Positions 9,546 through 19,232 of a DNA stretch of 64,000 bases are shown here, in pieces; position 1 is the stretch's first letter; the number at the start of each line of letters is the position of its first letter. The translations under genes were made by a program, and so were the position numbers. The notes under the pieces are model-generated. The model was not told the origin of the DNA, did no database searches, and saw only the letters and a program-made list of their open reading frames with translations. Origin of the DNA: Fidelibacterota bacterium MT.SAG.2 (GTDB lineage: Bacteria > Fidelibacterota > SORT01); assembly GCA_004402915.1 (NCBI GenBank), contig SORU01000001.1, positions 24,908-88,907 of the forward strand, read 5' to 3'.

Positions 9546-10460
9546 TTGAAGTTATCAGTCTCGGCAATGCTTAGTTTTCTATTTGTTCTGACCCTGTTTT
9601 CCTGCGGCGGGAATAAACCGGATTTTGATGGAGACAGCGCATTTGGCTATCTCGTCAAACAGTGTGATTTCGGTCCTCGAAATCCCGGTTCGAGGGGTCA
9701 TAAAAATACGCTTAATTATCTGTTAACTGAAATGAGAACTTTTGCGGACAGTGTAAAGGTGCAAAAATTCAGCCATTTTGATAAAAGGACGGGCATATCG
9801 CTCGACTTGACAAATATCATTGCCTCATTTAAAGTTTCTGATGCTAATCGAGTTTTGTTAGCGGCTCATTGGGATACGAGACCGCGTTCGGATCAGGATA
9901 AAATGCCATCGAAACGAAATCAACCGCTACTTGGCGCAAACGACGGTGCAAGCGGAGTAGCTGTGTTATTAGAGTTGGCGAAAGTATTTAGCGAAAACCC
10001 CCCTCCTGTCGGTGTTGATCTGATTCTCTTTGATGGTGAAGATTTCGGCGAAGAGGGTGACTTGGACAGGTACTTTCTCGGTTCGAGACATTTCGCAAAG
10101 AACTTCACAGGGCAAAAACCAAAGTGGGCGATTATAATAGATATGGTCGGAGATGCTGAACTCGAGCTGCCGATAGAACGGTATTCTTTTGAGCGAAATA
10201 AGAAATTGGTAGAAAAAGTGTGGGATGCAGCAGAGAGAGCAGGAGCATCACAATTCAAGCGAAGATTGGGAAGCTATGTTCAAGATGATCATCTTATGTT
10301 ATACGAATATGCCGGTATCGAAGCGATAGATATTATTGATTTTGATTACACCCGCGGCGGCATAAATCTCTGGCATACATCCCTTGATACCCCCGAGATG
10401 TGCAGTCCTGCAAGCCTCGCCGCAGTCGGAAGAACGCTGATAGAGCTTATTTATGAATAG
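9546..10460 (+). CDS. M28-family zinc peptidase-fold lipoprotein, glutaminyl-peptide cyclotransferase (QC)-like
   Basis: Lipobox LTLFSCGG. M28 motifs AAHWDTRP, GANDGASGVAVLLELAKVF (compare human QC ...MLELARAL), LILFDGEDFGEEG and HTSLD. Length 304 aa, as in Bacteroidetes lipoprotein QCs. The gene starts 4 bp after sprA. Confidence 0.5.
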   Translation: MKLSVSAMLSFLFVLTLFSCGGNKPDFDGDSAFGYLVKQCDFGPRNPGSRGHKNTLNYLLTEMRTFADSVKVQKFSHFDKRTGISLDLTNIIASFKVSDANRVLLAAHWDTRPRSDQDKMPSKRNQPLLGANDGASGVAVLLELAKVFSENPPPVGVDLILFDGEDFGEEGDLDRYFLGSRHFAKNFTGQKPKWAIIIDMVGDAELELPIERYSFERNKKLVEKVWDAAERAGASQFKRRLGSYVQDDHLMLYEYAGIEAIDIIDFDYTRGGINLWHTSLDTPEMCSPASLAAVGRTLIELIYE

Positions 10461-10544
10461 TCGAGTAATCATCACAATTTCATCTGAAAAAATAAATCAG
10501 TATATTACCGCTTGTTGATTTATTAAAATTGAGTATTAAAACAG

Positions 10545-11126
10545 ATGTCATTGAGAGAAGATATAGCAGGTTATGCGCTTACAATATTTTCCCGTACTGA
10601 AGGGAAGAAGAGATCTCAACTCTCTATCGGCAGAAGCATAGAGCAGAGTTCAGGCGTTTTACTCTGCATGCCGGAAGATCACAATCAATTCAGGATTGCG
10701 AGGTATGTGTTCAGGGGGGTATTGGAATCCCCCGTTTCAAAACGCATAACCGTGCTAATGCATGAAAGCGTTGAAGCGGATTATCGAATAAAAAGTAACG
10801 CTCGGAAAATCGTGATAAAAGAGACCGATCTCGGATTTTGGAAAATTCCCAAACCTTCATGGATAATTGAACAGGGGTTTTCTACCTATGACCTGATAGT
10901 GGACCTTAACACAAATTATCATTTATACGCAGCATATCTGTCGATGAAATTGGGAGACGGGCTGATCATAGGCTTTGCATGGGAAGGCGCGGATGAGTTT
11001 TATAATGTGCTGCTTGAAATGAATGAAACCAATTCGAGTTTAGAGAATACTTACAGAACCATAAGGGATGAATATACGAACCTGATACCGCTTGAAAATC
11101 TGAAACTCTCGAGCAGGGCAAAATAG
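10545..11126 (+). CDS. hypothetical cytoplasmic protein (no signal peptide)
   Basis: ORF of 193 aa in the same-strand gene string after the QC-like gene. No recognisable motif. Confidence 0.4.
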   Translation: MSLREDIAGYALTIFSRTEGKKRSQLSIGRSIEQSSGVLLCMPEDHNQFRIARYVFRGVLESPVSKRITVLMHESVEADYRIKSNARKIVIKETDLGFWKIPKPSWIIEQGFSTYDLIVDLNTNYHLYAAYLSMKLGDGLIIGFAWEGADEFYNVLLEMNETNSSLENTYRTIRDEYTNLIPLENLKLSSRAK

Positions 11127-11134
11127 ATGAACGG

Positions 11135-12404
11135 ATGCAAGGACCCGGCAAAGGAGTTATTGTGAATTCTATGATATTGGCGTTGTTTGAAGATGAATTT
11201 GCAGGGAACTTGAATCCCTTGGCGCATCTACGCCCTGTATACGATTTGAAGTTCGGAATTCGTTCGATCAGAGAAAAATATCTGCGGATTTTTGGAGATG
11301 AGTTCATATCTTTGCACTGTCGCGCTGAATTAGCTTCCGTGATGGCGGACCGAAATCCAAAAGCCGAAATAAATACATACTCGGCAGATAAATATATTTT
11401 CATTAACGGACGTTCTGTTATTCCGGAAAAAGAGTTAGAAAAAATCAGTTCCGATGAAGACTTGCTTTATACTAATAACGGGAAAATTGCGGCAGCTGTT
11501 TTGACCGGCGATAATCTTAAAAAAATCAGAGCAGCGGGAGGCAAATTACTAAGCAGAGAAGATTTTCCAGACCTAAATGAAAAGGCAATAAAATGCTTAT
11601 GGCTGGATTATCCATGGGAGCTGTTTCTTGAAAATGGAAATGAGATAGAAAGAGAATTTGAAGGTCCGAAGATGGAGGGTAATCTTTACGACAGCGCTGT
11701 TGTCTTGAACAGCGACATGATATCGGTTAGTGAGGGAGTTAAAATTAAACCTGGAACCGTTCTCGATGCAGAGGAGGGACCAATCATAATTGCTCCGGGC
11801 GTTCATATCATGTCGAATTCCGTCATACAGGGACCTGTCTATATCCGGGGAGAACTCTGTTATAAAAGCGGGAGCGAGAATTTACGGAAGTACATCTATC
11901 GGCGAGGAATGTAAGGTCGGCGGGGAAGTCAGTAATTCAATAATTCACTCCTACTCGAATAAGCAGCATGATGGCTATCTGGGAAATTCTTATATAGGCA
12001 AGTGGGTTAACTTGGGCGCCGACAGCAACAATAGCGATCTTAAGAATAATTATCGGAAGGTGAAATTTTATGTCGATGGAAAATTCATAGACACGGGCAC
12101 AATACATTGCGGACTGATCATGGGTGATCATACCAAAGTAGGGATCAATACTATGTTCAACACGGGAACTAACGTTGGAACCGCGTGTAATATTTATGGA
12201 GGAGGATTTCCACCTAAGTTTATTCCTTCATTTTCTTGGGGAGGCGCTGACGGTATGACAGAGCACATCTTGGAGAAAGCCATCGATACGGCAGCGCGGG
12301 TGATGGAGAGGCGAGAAGTTACGCTGGCTTCATCAGAGATCGATTTACTTAATAGCCTGTTTGATAGAACTGCGGCGGAACGCAATAAGGCATTTTCAGG
12401 CTAA
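11135..12404 (+). pseudogene. frameshifted putative sugar nucleotidyltransferase with C-terminal left-handed beta-helix (GlmU-like) domain
   Basis: ORF 11135..11914 (nucleotidyltransferase-like N-terminus leading into hexapeptide repeats) and ORF 11790..12404 (continuing hexapeptide/LbH repeats: IGEECKVGGEVSNSIIH..., IGKWVNLGADS...) are the same protein in frames offset by -1. The frame change maps to the ccgggg run near 11835-11850. This could be a true pseudogene, a homopolymer sequencing error, or a programmed frameshift. Confidence 0.55.
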
Positions 12405-13060
12405 TGGAGTTACCTGACGCGGGAATAGTCCTCATAGCATCGGCTTCTGCTACAGCGTTTTTGCATGCCGTAATTCCGGATCATTGGCTGCCCTTCGTAC
12501 TCGTCGGCAAGGCACAAGGTTGGTCAAAGGGAAAGACTCTCTCCTATTCCGCTCTATCTGCCACCTTGCATGTAGTAGTATCGATCGGATTGGGCACATT
12601 AGGTTATATAATCGGAATAGCGTCGGCTTCCTCAATTGGAGAAAATATAGAATCGGTCATAGGTATAAGTCTTTTATTATTCGGAATATTTTACTCCGTC
12701 TGGGGATTGAAGTCACAAGGAGGATCTCTTCACATCGGGCACTCTCACGGACCACACTCGCATGAAGATAACCTGAAGGGAAAGAAAGGAAATATAACCG
12801 GTTGGGGATTGGCATTGGTCATGGGTCTTAATCCATGTGTTGTGGCGCTGCCGGTGATTTCTGCTACAGTGTCTAAAGGATTAATCGTAATGTTGCTCGC
12901 TTCAGCGGCGTTTGCCTTAACAACGATTCTTCTGCTTGTCGGGCTTACCTCTTTGGGGCTTCTGACTTCTTACAAATTTAAATTTAAATTCCTTGAGAAA
13001 TACGGAGAGGTTCTGTCAGGGATAATTCTGTCTCTTACCGGCATAGCGTTTTTAATCTGA
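12404..13060 (+). CDS. NicO/HoxN-like metal (Ni/Co) transporter-type membrane protein with His-rich loop
   Basis: Six predicted TM helices. LHAVIPDHWLPF resembles the HAxDADH motif of nickel/cobalt transporters. Central loop HIGHSHGPHSHED. Confidence 0.4.
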   Translation: MELPDAGIVLIASASATAFLHAVIPDHWLPFVLVGKAQGWSKGKTLSYSALSATLHVVVSIGLGTLGYIIGIASASSIGENIESVIGISLLLFGIFYSVWGLKSQGGSLHIGHSHGPHSHEDNLKGKKGNITGWGLALVMGLNPCVVALPVISATVSKGLIVMLLASAAFALTTILLLVGLTSLGLLTSYKFKFKFLEKYGEVLSGIILSLTGIAFLI

Positions 13061-13174
13061 TGGGAATCAATTGCTGTATTGTAAAACAGTATATGAACTA
13101 ACTATCTGAATTTGAAATAAAATAAGTCAAAACATTTATTCAAAAATTTCGTAATTATTTAGGTTGCATAAATT

Positions 13175-15493
13175 ATGGTGAAAGTTTTAATGAAATCTGT
13201 CAATGATGGTGGAGTTACTAAGAGAATTGCTTCAGATCTATTAAAAGCAAAGATCCCCCTATTACTGTCAATGATGCTGTCATCGTACGCTTTTGGGAAC
13301 AATCCTGTAGAATCCACAACCGTGCATGGTACAATTACAGACGCTTCTACGGGTGAATACGTCTATGGCGCAAATATCTTTTTGAGAGGTACTACAATAG
13401 GTACGGTAAGTAACATCGAAGGGTTCTATTCGATGCCTAATCTACCACCGGGGGAATATACGCTTATAGTCACCTTCATAGGATTCTCGAAACATGAAGA
13501 GAGTTTTGAGCTTAGAAAAGGAAAATCTTTACGCATGGACGTTGATCTCTCCCCCGTTGATATAGAGGGTGAAACTGTAATTGTGACAGACGAGCTCTCA
13601 AAATTCGAACATAATATCAATATATCAACAATTTCAATTAGTCCGAGGCAGATAAAATCACTTCCCAGTATTGGAGAGGTCGATCTGTTCAGGGCGCTGC
13701 AATTTCTGCCCGGCGTCGCGGCGCAAAACGATTATTCATCAGGATTGATAGTGAGAGGCGGAAACACCGATCAGAATCTGATTTTGTTGGATGGAATAAC
13801 AGTATACAATCCTTCTCACTTGGGCGGGTTTTTCTCGACATTCATCACGGAGGGGCTTCGCGAAGCGGAACTGATGAAGGGAGGATACTCTGCGGAATAC
13901 GGGGGCAGGCTTTCATCTGTGCTCGATATTAAAACGAAGGACGGCAATAATAAACGGTTCGCCGGCTCTGCGGAAATTAGTCTCGTCTCTTCAAAGTTAT
14001 TGCTTGAAGCGCCGATCGGGAATGGAGGATGGCTATTCGCGGGCAGGAGAACTTATATCGATAAGGCATTGGACGCCTCAAGAAAGCTGGGGATAAGTGA
14101 TTTTGAATTTCCTTATTATTTTTATGATCTGCAGGCAAATATTTATCAGGATCTGTCGCCTAACGACCGGTTGCGGATATCCGCGTACTATGGAAATGAT
14201 GTGCTTGATTGGAAAGAAGCAACGGCGAATATTAATTGGGGAAACAGAACGATCTCTACACGTTGGAGACATCTGTTCAGCGACCAGTTGTTTTCAACGT
14301 TTATGATAGCCCGAAGTAAGTTTTCCGCTCACTTCAATTTTGGGGGAGAAGATGCTTTCCGTGGGGTCGACAGAGTTCGGGACTGGACGGCAAAGGGCGA
14401 CTTAACATATTTTAGAACTGAGGATCATGAGATAAGCTTCGGAACAGAACTCAAAGATCTGAAAGTGGAATTTTTTCAGAGTTTTGATAGTAGAGAACTT
14501 ATACGAATAGACCAAAGTCCTAAATTCTTTGCGTTTTATGTAAATTCCAGATTGTCTCTTCCGGGTTGGGTCATACAGACAGGGTTAAGGTCAACCTACT
14601 ATAATGATTCAACCGATAGATTGACATTCTCTCCGAGAGTGTCAATAAAAAAAGTTATTAGTAATTTCAATGCGTTCAATTTTTCGATAGGCAGGTATTA
14701 TCAATATATCTATACTTTCAACGATGAATTTTCGTTCAACATAATCAACCAATGGTTCGCGATAGATAAGTCAGTGCCCAATCAGTATGCAGACCAGATA
14801 ATGTTCGGCTATGAGACTACTTTTTCCGGTTTTGACCGGGTGACTATTGAATCTTATTACAAGAAGATGAATAATCTGTTGGTCGGAAGGCCGGAGTTTG
14901 CAACGTTTGATGAACAGTTGATCAATCCTGCTGTGGCAGATATATTTGCTGTAACGGAAGCAGATGCATTCGGGGTTGAACTGTTTTTTGAAAAAAAGGT
15001 GGGTGCGATGAACGGAAATTTTTCATATGCCCATTCTTATGTCATAAAGCAGATTGAAGATGAACCGAAGTATTGGGCAAATTGGGACAGAAGGCATACA
15101 CTTAAGGGTGTAATGAATTATCATAAATCCAAATCGACTCAGTTCGGATTTAGCTGGGTATACACCACGGGGTTTCCGTTTACTCAGCAGTTAGGATCTT
15201 ACGCATACTGGGAACCTGAATACCGGCAACCTGATTATGACCTTATACCGGGTTCGAGAAATAATTCGAGGCTGCCGTATAATAACAGAATCGACTTCAG
15301 TATTACTAAGCATAAGAAAATTAAGGGGGCTAAGGTAGATTATTATTTACAGATAATTAACGTTTTAAATAGAAAAAACTTATTCGCTGTCAGCTGGGAT
15401 ATTGAGGATACCGAGAATGGAAAGGTTGTTGAACGAAATGATCTTAGGGGAATTCCATTGTTTCCCACTATCGGAATTAGGATGGAATTTTGA
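13175..15493 (+). CDS. TonB-dependent outer-membrane receptor with N-terminal carboxypeptidase-regulatory-like domain
   Basis: CarbopepD_reg-like segment GTITDASTGEYVYGANIFLRG...PGEYTLIVTFIGFS. Plug motifs DLFRALQFLPGVAAQ and GLIVRGGNTDQNLILLDGITVYNP. C-terminus ends in an aromatic residue (RMEF). Confidence 0.8.
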   Translation: MVKVLMKSVNDGGVTKRIASDLLKAKIPLLLSMMLSSYAFGNNPVESTTVHGTITDASTGEYVYGANIFLRGTTIGTVSNIEGFYSMPNLPPGEYTLIVTFIGFSKHEESFELRKGKSLRMDVDLSPVDIEGETVIVTDELSKFEHNINISTISISPRQIKSLPSIGEVDLFRALQFLPGVAAQNDYSSGLIVRGGNTDQNLILLDGITVYNPSHLGGFFSTFITEGLREAELMKGGYSAEYGGRLSSVLDIKTKDGNNKRFAGSAEISLVSSKLLLEAPIGNGGWLFAGRRTYIDKALDASRKLGISDFEFPYYFYDLQANIYQDLSPNDRLRISAYYGNDVLDWKEATANINWGNRTISTRWRHLFSDQLFSTFMIARSKFSAHFNFGGEDAFRGVDRVRDWTAKGDLTYFRTEDHEISFGTELKDLKVEFFQSFDSRELIRIDQSPKFFAFYVNSRLSLPGWVIQTGLRSTYYNDSTDRLTFSPRVSIKKVISNFNAFNFSIGRYYQYIYTFNDEFSFNIINQWFAIDKSVPNQYADQIMFGYETTFSGFDRVTIESYYKKMNNLLVGRPEFATFDEQLINPAVADIFAVTEADAFGVELFFEKKVGAMNGNFSYAHSYVIKQIEDEPKYWANWDRRHTLKGVMNYHKSKSTQFGFSWVYTTGFPFTQQLGSYAYWEPEYRQPDYDLIPGSRNNSRLPYNNRIDFSITKHKKIKGAKVDYYLQIINVLNRKNLFAVSWDIEDTENGKVVERNDLRGIPLFPTIGIRMEF

Positions 15494-16422
15494 GTAGAAA
15501 TAGAATAATGGTCTTGATTTTTTTATTCGTCGGTTCAATCGGTCTGCTCTCATGTGATTCGATAATAGACTTGCCAGATCCCATGCAATTCGAAGAGAAA
15601 ATCGTGCTTAACGGGAACCTCGAATGGGGAAGCACCGAAGTTCTTATCAGATTGGATGTTGCTACTGCGATAGAAGATAATTTTGACACACTAAGCACGG
15701 CGCTGAGTGGCGCGACCGTGATATTAAAGTACGATTCTGCCGAGATCATGCTTACCGAGACTACACCGGGCAAGTATGAATATTCGAGTAGTTCATTCCT
15801 GATAAGGAGCGGAAAATCATATACGATAGAAGCATCATATGGCGATCTCCCCCCGATATCAGCGACTACAACAGTACCCTATCCTATATATTTAGTTGAT
15901 ATGACACCGGAACTTAACGAGGGTGATTCTCTTACTTATATACCGGCAGGCGACGATGCGCAATTTTTAGATCCTTACCTTTTCTCCTTTAAGATAGACT
16001 CGAAGGTTGGAGGAAGATTTCCTCCTATTATACGATTTGTAAACAGGGCATTGGAGCCAAGTAAGGAAACTATGATCACCGAAGACAATGATCTGAAAGC
16101 TTTTCTTTTCAAATGGAACGGTATCGGAGATGACAGCGATAAGGATATTAACGAAAGAATACGCACTCGCAGCCGTATAATCTTCAACAGTGTGGATCCC
16201 GATTCGGAACAAAAGATGGGTTGGATCTTTTACACTTTTTACGGTCGGCAGTCTTTTGAGGTCTACGCCCTCGACCAGGCATATTATAATTATCATATTG
16301 GGAACATAGAGGACGCTCCTACCGATCCGAACTATCTTCCGGAAAGCAACGTGATTGGAGGATATGGGCTGCTGTTTTCGTCCTATCAGGTAAAAATCGG
16401 CTTTTTTCTTAAACGTCCGTAA
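15490..16422 (+). CDS. lipoprotein partnered with the TonB-dependent receptor (possibly DUF4249-like)
   Basis: Lipobox GLLSCDS. Overlaps the upstream TBDR stop by 4 nt. In Bacteroidetes such ~300-aa lipoproteins commonly follow CarbopepD-type TBDRs. Confidence 0.45.
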   Translation: MSRNRIMVLIFLFVGSIGLLSCDSIIDLPDPMQFEEKIVLNGNLEWGSTEVLIRLDVATAIEDNFDTLSTALSGATVILKYDSAEIMLTETTPGKYEYSSSSFLIRSGKSYTIEASYGDLPPISATTTVPYPIYLVDMTPELNEGDSLTYIPAGDDAQFLDPYLFSFKIDSKVGGRFPPIIRFVNRALEPSKETMITEDNDLKAFLFKWNGIGDDSDKDINERIRTRSRIIFNSVDPDSEQKMGWIFYTFYGRQSFEVYALDQAYYNYHIGNIEDAPTDPNYLPESNVIGGYGLLFSSYQVKIGFFLKRP

Positions 16423-16611
16423 AGCTGCCTCAGCTGGCATACTACTCGAAAAACATTAACAAAATTATCTAAACTTTCAAAACTGCCTAAAATAGCCGTA
16501 TTTAGGGGCTTTTAACGCCAATTCGGCGATATTTCTTATCAATTTTAGGCTGTCTCCTCAATAATGTTCAGTTTAATATTACCTGTCCGATAATTTACTA
16601 TAAGAGATGAG

Positions 16612-16881
16612 ATGAATAAAATGGCGAAAAACAAAAATATAATGATATTGATGGCAAACCCAGAGGGCGATGAGTTTCCATTGATTATCGAGGATCTAAT
16701 TCCCGTACACAGTTCATCAACGAAGATAAAAAATGAGATTGAAGAACCAAGCCGGGAGGATTTTGACAGGGCTGTTGCATTGATTTGGATGACTCTGATA
16801 GAGGATTCGGAGAACTCTGAAGTGGATACACCTTCAAATTCGATTAAATTATGGGAACCAAAACAGGTATCAGATGCATGA
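16612..16881 (+). CDS. small acidic hypothetical ORF (doubtful)
   Basis: 89-aa ORF in an otherwise ORF-poor 680-bp gap. No motif. An overlapping minus-strand ORF is equally weak. Confidence 0.15.
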   Translation: MNKMAKNKNIMILMANPEGDEFPLIIEDLIPVHSSSTKIKNEIEEPSREDFDRAVALIWMTLIEDSENSEVDTPSNSIKLWEPKQVSDA

Positions 16882-17100
16882 GGGTACCAAAAGGATTTGT
16901 TACCTTTACCATGTTTTGGGGCCCTCACTAAGCGCTCTCATTGAAAATATTCAATGGGAGCGTTGCCCTTTTATTGAACGCTTTTCCGCTGCTCACTTAT
17001 AAAATACAGCAGTATTCTGAGCTTGCATTTCACTGAGATCAAAGAGTAATTTCAACCCGAATTTTAAGTTACAGAAGAATGAAAATCTATGGAGAGATAG

Positions 17101-17853
17101 TTGAATATAGTAGTATGCATGAAATCCGTTCCGAGCAGTGAAACAAAGGTCAAGATCAATTCTGACGGAGTGACCATAGAGCAGACAGATGTAGTGTTTG
17201 AGATAAATCCATATGACGAATATGCAATAGAGGAGGCTATAAGAGCCAAAGAAGCCCACGGCGGGAAGGTGACCATTCTAACTTTGGGAGCGGCTACCGC
17301 TACTCAGAATATAAGAAAAGCTCTCGCAATGGGCGCTGACGAGGCGCTGCATCTTATCTGTGAAAATGCGGAATTAGCGGATTCTTCGACAATCGCCGAG
17401 CTATTATATTCGGCGATCAAGGAAATAGAATTTGACGTCATTTTCTGCGGTAAGAAAGCCATAGACTGCGATAATCATCAGCTGCCTAACAGGCTCGCGC
17501 AGCTATTGGATATTCCCGCCGTAACGGCAATATCAAACCTTGAATTGACTACAGAAAGCGGAAGCGCTAAAAGGAATATAGAAGGGGGAACAGAGCTGAT
17601 AACCGTGAATCTTCCTGCACTTTTCTCTGCTGAAAAAGGGTTGAACGAACCGAGGTACGCGTCACTTCCGGGTATTATGGCTGCTAAAAAGAAACCGCTT
17701 GAAGAACGGCAAGTTTCTATGAGCAATGAAAAATTAACGATCCTCTCTCTCGAGCTTCCGCCGCCAAAGCCGAAAGGAAGAATAGTCGGCGAAGGACCGG
17801 AAGCCGCAGGCGAATTAGTACGTATACTGAGGGAAGAAGCGAAAGTTATCTGA
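17101..17853 (+). CDS. etfB: electron transfer flavoprotein beta subunit
   Basis: MNIVVCMKSVPSSETKVKINSDG...EINPYDEYAIEEAIRAKEAHGGKVTILTLG matches EtfB. Apparent TTG start. Confidence 0.85.
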   Translation: MNIVVCMKSVPSSETKVKINSDGVTIEQTDVVFEINPYDEYAIEEAIRAKEAHGGKVTILTLGAATATQNIRKALAMGADEALHLICENAELADSSTIAELLYSAIKEIEFDVIFCGKKAIDCDNHQLPNRLAQLLDIPAVTAISNLELTTESGSAKRNIEGGTELITVNLPALFSAEKGLNEPRYASLPGIMAAKKKPLEERQVSMSNEKLTILSLELPPPKPKGRIVGEGPEAAGELVRILREEAKVI

Positions 17854-17867
17854 TAAGGAGTGGTAAG

Positions 17868-18836
17868 TTGGCACAAGGAGTACTCATATTTGCCGAACAA
17901 AGAGAAGGAGTATTAAAGCCTTCCTCATTGGAAGCGGCTACACTTGGAAGAGAACTAAAAAAAGAGATTGGTGGAGAGCTAAGTGTTGCTATTATCGGTG
18001 CAAACAGTTCAAGTTTATCTTCTGAATTCAAACAATATGGTGTTGATAAAGTGTACCTTGCCGATAGCGAGGAGCTGAATCAGTATGACGGGGAACGGTA
18101 TACAGCTCTCTTAGCGGAAGCTGTTTCAAAAGCGCAACCCTCCGTACTGATCATTGTTGCCTCTGCAATGGGAAAGGATATCGCCCCGAGGGCGGCATCA
18201 TCTCTTGGCGCAGGCTTGGCAACAGATTGTACGGGTGTGAAAGTTATAGACGGAAAAATAATTATTACGCGACCGGTGTATGCGGGAAAGGCACTCATAA
18301 AGTTAAGAATTGACTCCGAACTTCAAATCCTTTCCATAAGACCTAACGTGTTTCCAAAAAAAGCGGAGGGTGATACAGATCCGGAAGTTATTGAATTACA
18401 AATCGGTGAGAAGAAAAATCCTGTATCAGAGGTGCAGCATGTTAAAAGCGAGAGACCGGAACTCACGGAAGCTTCAATAATAGTTTCCGGCGGGCGTGGA
18501 ATGGGGGGACCGGAAAATTTTCATTTGACGGAAGAGTTAGCCGATGTGCTCGGCGCAGCAGTCGGCGCGAGTAGGGCGGTGGTTGACGCAGGATGGAGAC
18601 CTCATACAGAGCAAGTAGGTCAAACCGGTAAGACCGTCTCGCCTAATCTGTATATCGCTTGCGGAATTTCCGGCGCTATACAACACTTAGCGGGGATGTC
18701 TTCTTCAAAGGTGATAGTAGCCATTAATAAAGATGCCGATGCTCCAATTTTCAAAGTTGCTACATATGGTATTGTTGGAGACTTATTTGAAGTGGTACCC
18801 AAAATGATTAAAGAAATTAAAGCTCTTAACAGTTAA
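17868..18836 (+). CDS. etfA: electron transfer flavoprotein alpha subunit
   Basis: C-terminal FAD-binding motifs [13 protein letters not shown]...[45 protein letters not shown] start. Confidence 0.85.
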   Translation: MAQGVLIFAEQREGVLKPSSLEAATLGRELKKEIGGELSVAIIGANSSSLSSEFKQYGVDKVYLADSEELNQYDGERYTALLAEAVSKAQPSVLIIVASAMGKDIAPRAASSLGAGLATDCTGVKVIDGKIIITRPVYAGKALIKLRIDSELQILSIRPNVFPKKAEGDTDPEVIELQIGEKKNPVSEVQHVKSERPELTEASIIVSGGRGMGGPENFHLTEELADVLGAAVGASRAVVDAGWRPHTEQVGQTGKTVSPNLYIACGISGAIQHLAGMSSSKVIVAINKDADAPIFKVATYGIVGDLFEVVPKMIKEIKALNS

Positions 18837-18869
18837 ACACCGTGAAATCCGAACTAAGGACATATCGAT

Positions 18870-19208
18870 ATGGAATATAGCCATGATCAAGTAGAAGATA
18901 CTCTGATTTTCAGAATAGAAGAACACAGACTTCACACTGCGTTGTCAGTTGAAGTAAAGGAAAAGTTAGATGAGCTATTACGAAATAAAGAAGTAAAAAA
19001 TTTGCTGTTCAATTTAGCGATGGTAAAATCAATAGACAGCAGTGGACTGAGTTCTTTACTTTTTGGCAGGAGGTTGATCGCCGACCGGGAAGGTAAATGT
19101 CTTATAATAAATCCCCAACCCAAGGTAACCTCACTTATGCGAATCGCCCGTCTCGATAAAGTTTTCATTATTTACGATGACGAAGGCAGCGCTTTGAAGT
19201 CACTTTAA
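18870..19208 (+). CDS. STAS-domain anti-sigma-factor antagonist (SpoIIAA-like)
   Basis: Length 112 aa. SIDSSGLSSLLFGRRL...KCLIINPQPKVTSLMRIARLDKVFIIYDDEGSALKSL is a typical STAS fold with the Ser phosphorylation-site motif SxDSSG. Confidence 0.7.
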   Translation: MEYSHDQVEDTLIFRIEEHRLHTALSVEVKEKLDELLRNKEVKNLLFNLAMVKSIDSSGLSSLLFGRRLIADREGKCLIINPQPKVTSLMRIARLDKVFIIYDDEGSALKSL

Positions 19209-19232
19209 GAAGAGTCAGTAGTTTGAAGTAAA

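Noticed and set aside
9920-10258. 112-aa minus-strand ORF inside the QC-like gene
   Set aside because: Ser/Ala-rich low-complexity translation of the antisense strand of a well-supported CDS.
15967-16440. 157-aa minus-strand ORF overlapping the 3' half of the TBDR-partner lipoprotein gene
   Set aside because: The plus-strand gene has a lipobox and 4-nt coupling to the TBDR. The antisense ORF has no features.
16545-16928. 127-aa minus-strand ORF in the pre-etfB gap
   Set aside because: It overlaps the equally weak plus-strand 16612..16881 ORF. Neither has motifs, and the region may be non-coding leader or regulatory DNA.
17478-17900. 140-aa minus-strand ORF spanning the etfB/etfA junction
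   Set aside because: Antisense to two high-confidence ETF genes.
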